From an uncultured Spirochaetota bacterium (GTDB lineage: Bacteria; Spirochaetota; Brevinematia; Brevinematales; JAOACQ01): a DNA stretch of 64,000 nucleotides. The position numbers and the translations under genes are program-made. Under the pieces are notes generated by a model that saw only the letters and a program-made list of their open reading frames with translations, was not told where the DNA came from and made no database searches. Location of the stretch: NCBI GenBank assembly GCA_963783575.1, contig CAWAOD010000015.1, positions 160,001-224,000 of the forward strand, read 5' to 3'. Shown piece by piece: positions 64,000 to 64,000 of the stretch (its first letter is position 1; each line of letters starts with the position of its first letter).

Positions 64000-64000
64000 T

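Noticed and set aside
1..64000. CRISPR array or cas genes
   Set aside because: No regularly spaced direct repeats or Cas-like ORFs seen; ruvC here is the housekeeping resolvase coupled to coaBC

Overview
AT-rich bacterial chromosomal window, most likely from a spirochaete (fliJ next to an FlbB-like periplasmic flagellar collar gene, many lipoproteins). It is rich in carbohydrate genes: araA, GH9, GH5, an AGE-family epimerase and sugar ABC permeases. Left part: MCP tail, an Lsa-like ABC-F gene behind a consensus promoter and a 3-codon uORF, a sugar operon with an acyltransferase-3/ABC-permease fusion, and araA followed by an IS1182 inserted in a REP-like hairpin. 18.5-27.7 kb holds five tandem Ser-linker lipoproteins (three transglutaminase-like, one HEXXH peptidase). 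27.9-32.8 kb is a LuxR/TolB-like/DUF362 cluster. 36.2-46.1 kb is an accessory island with two copies of a consensus promoter plus attI-like module and no integrase in the window. One module precedes an integron gene cassette (MBL-fold gene, 59-bp attC, IS630 inserted at its stop codon); the other precedes a DUF262-HNH putative defence gene. IS21 and a second IS1182 follow. The right part is housekeeping (thrC, flbB, slt, fliJ, aminotransferase, coaBC, ruvC, MFS, SpoIIE-type phosphatase, tRNA-Ser, GH5). About ten genes have 1-bp frameshifts, mostly at short homopolymers, which suggests long-read assembly errors. All calls come from reading motifs by eye; no database searches were run.
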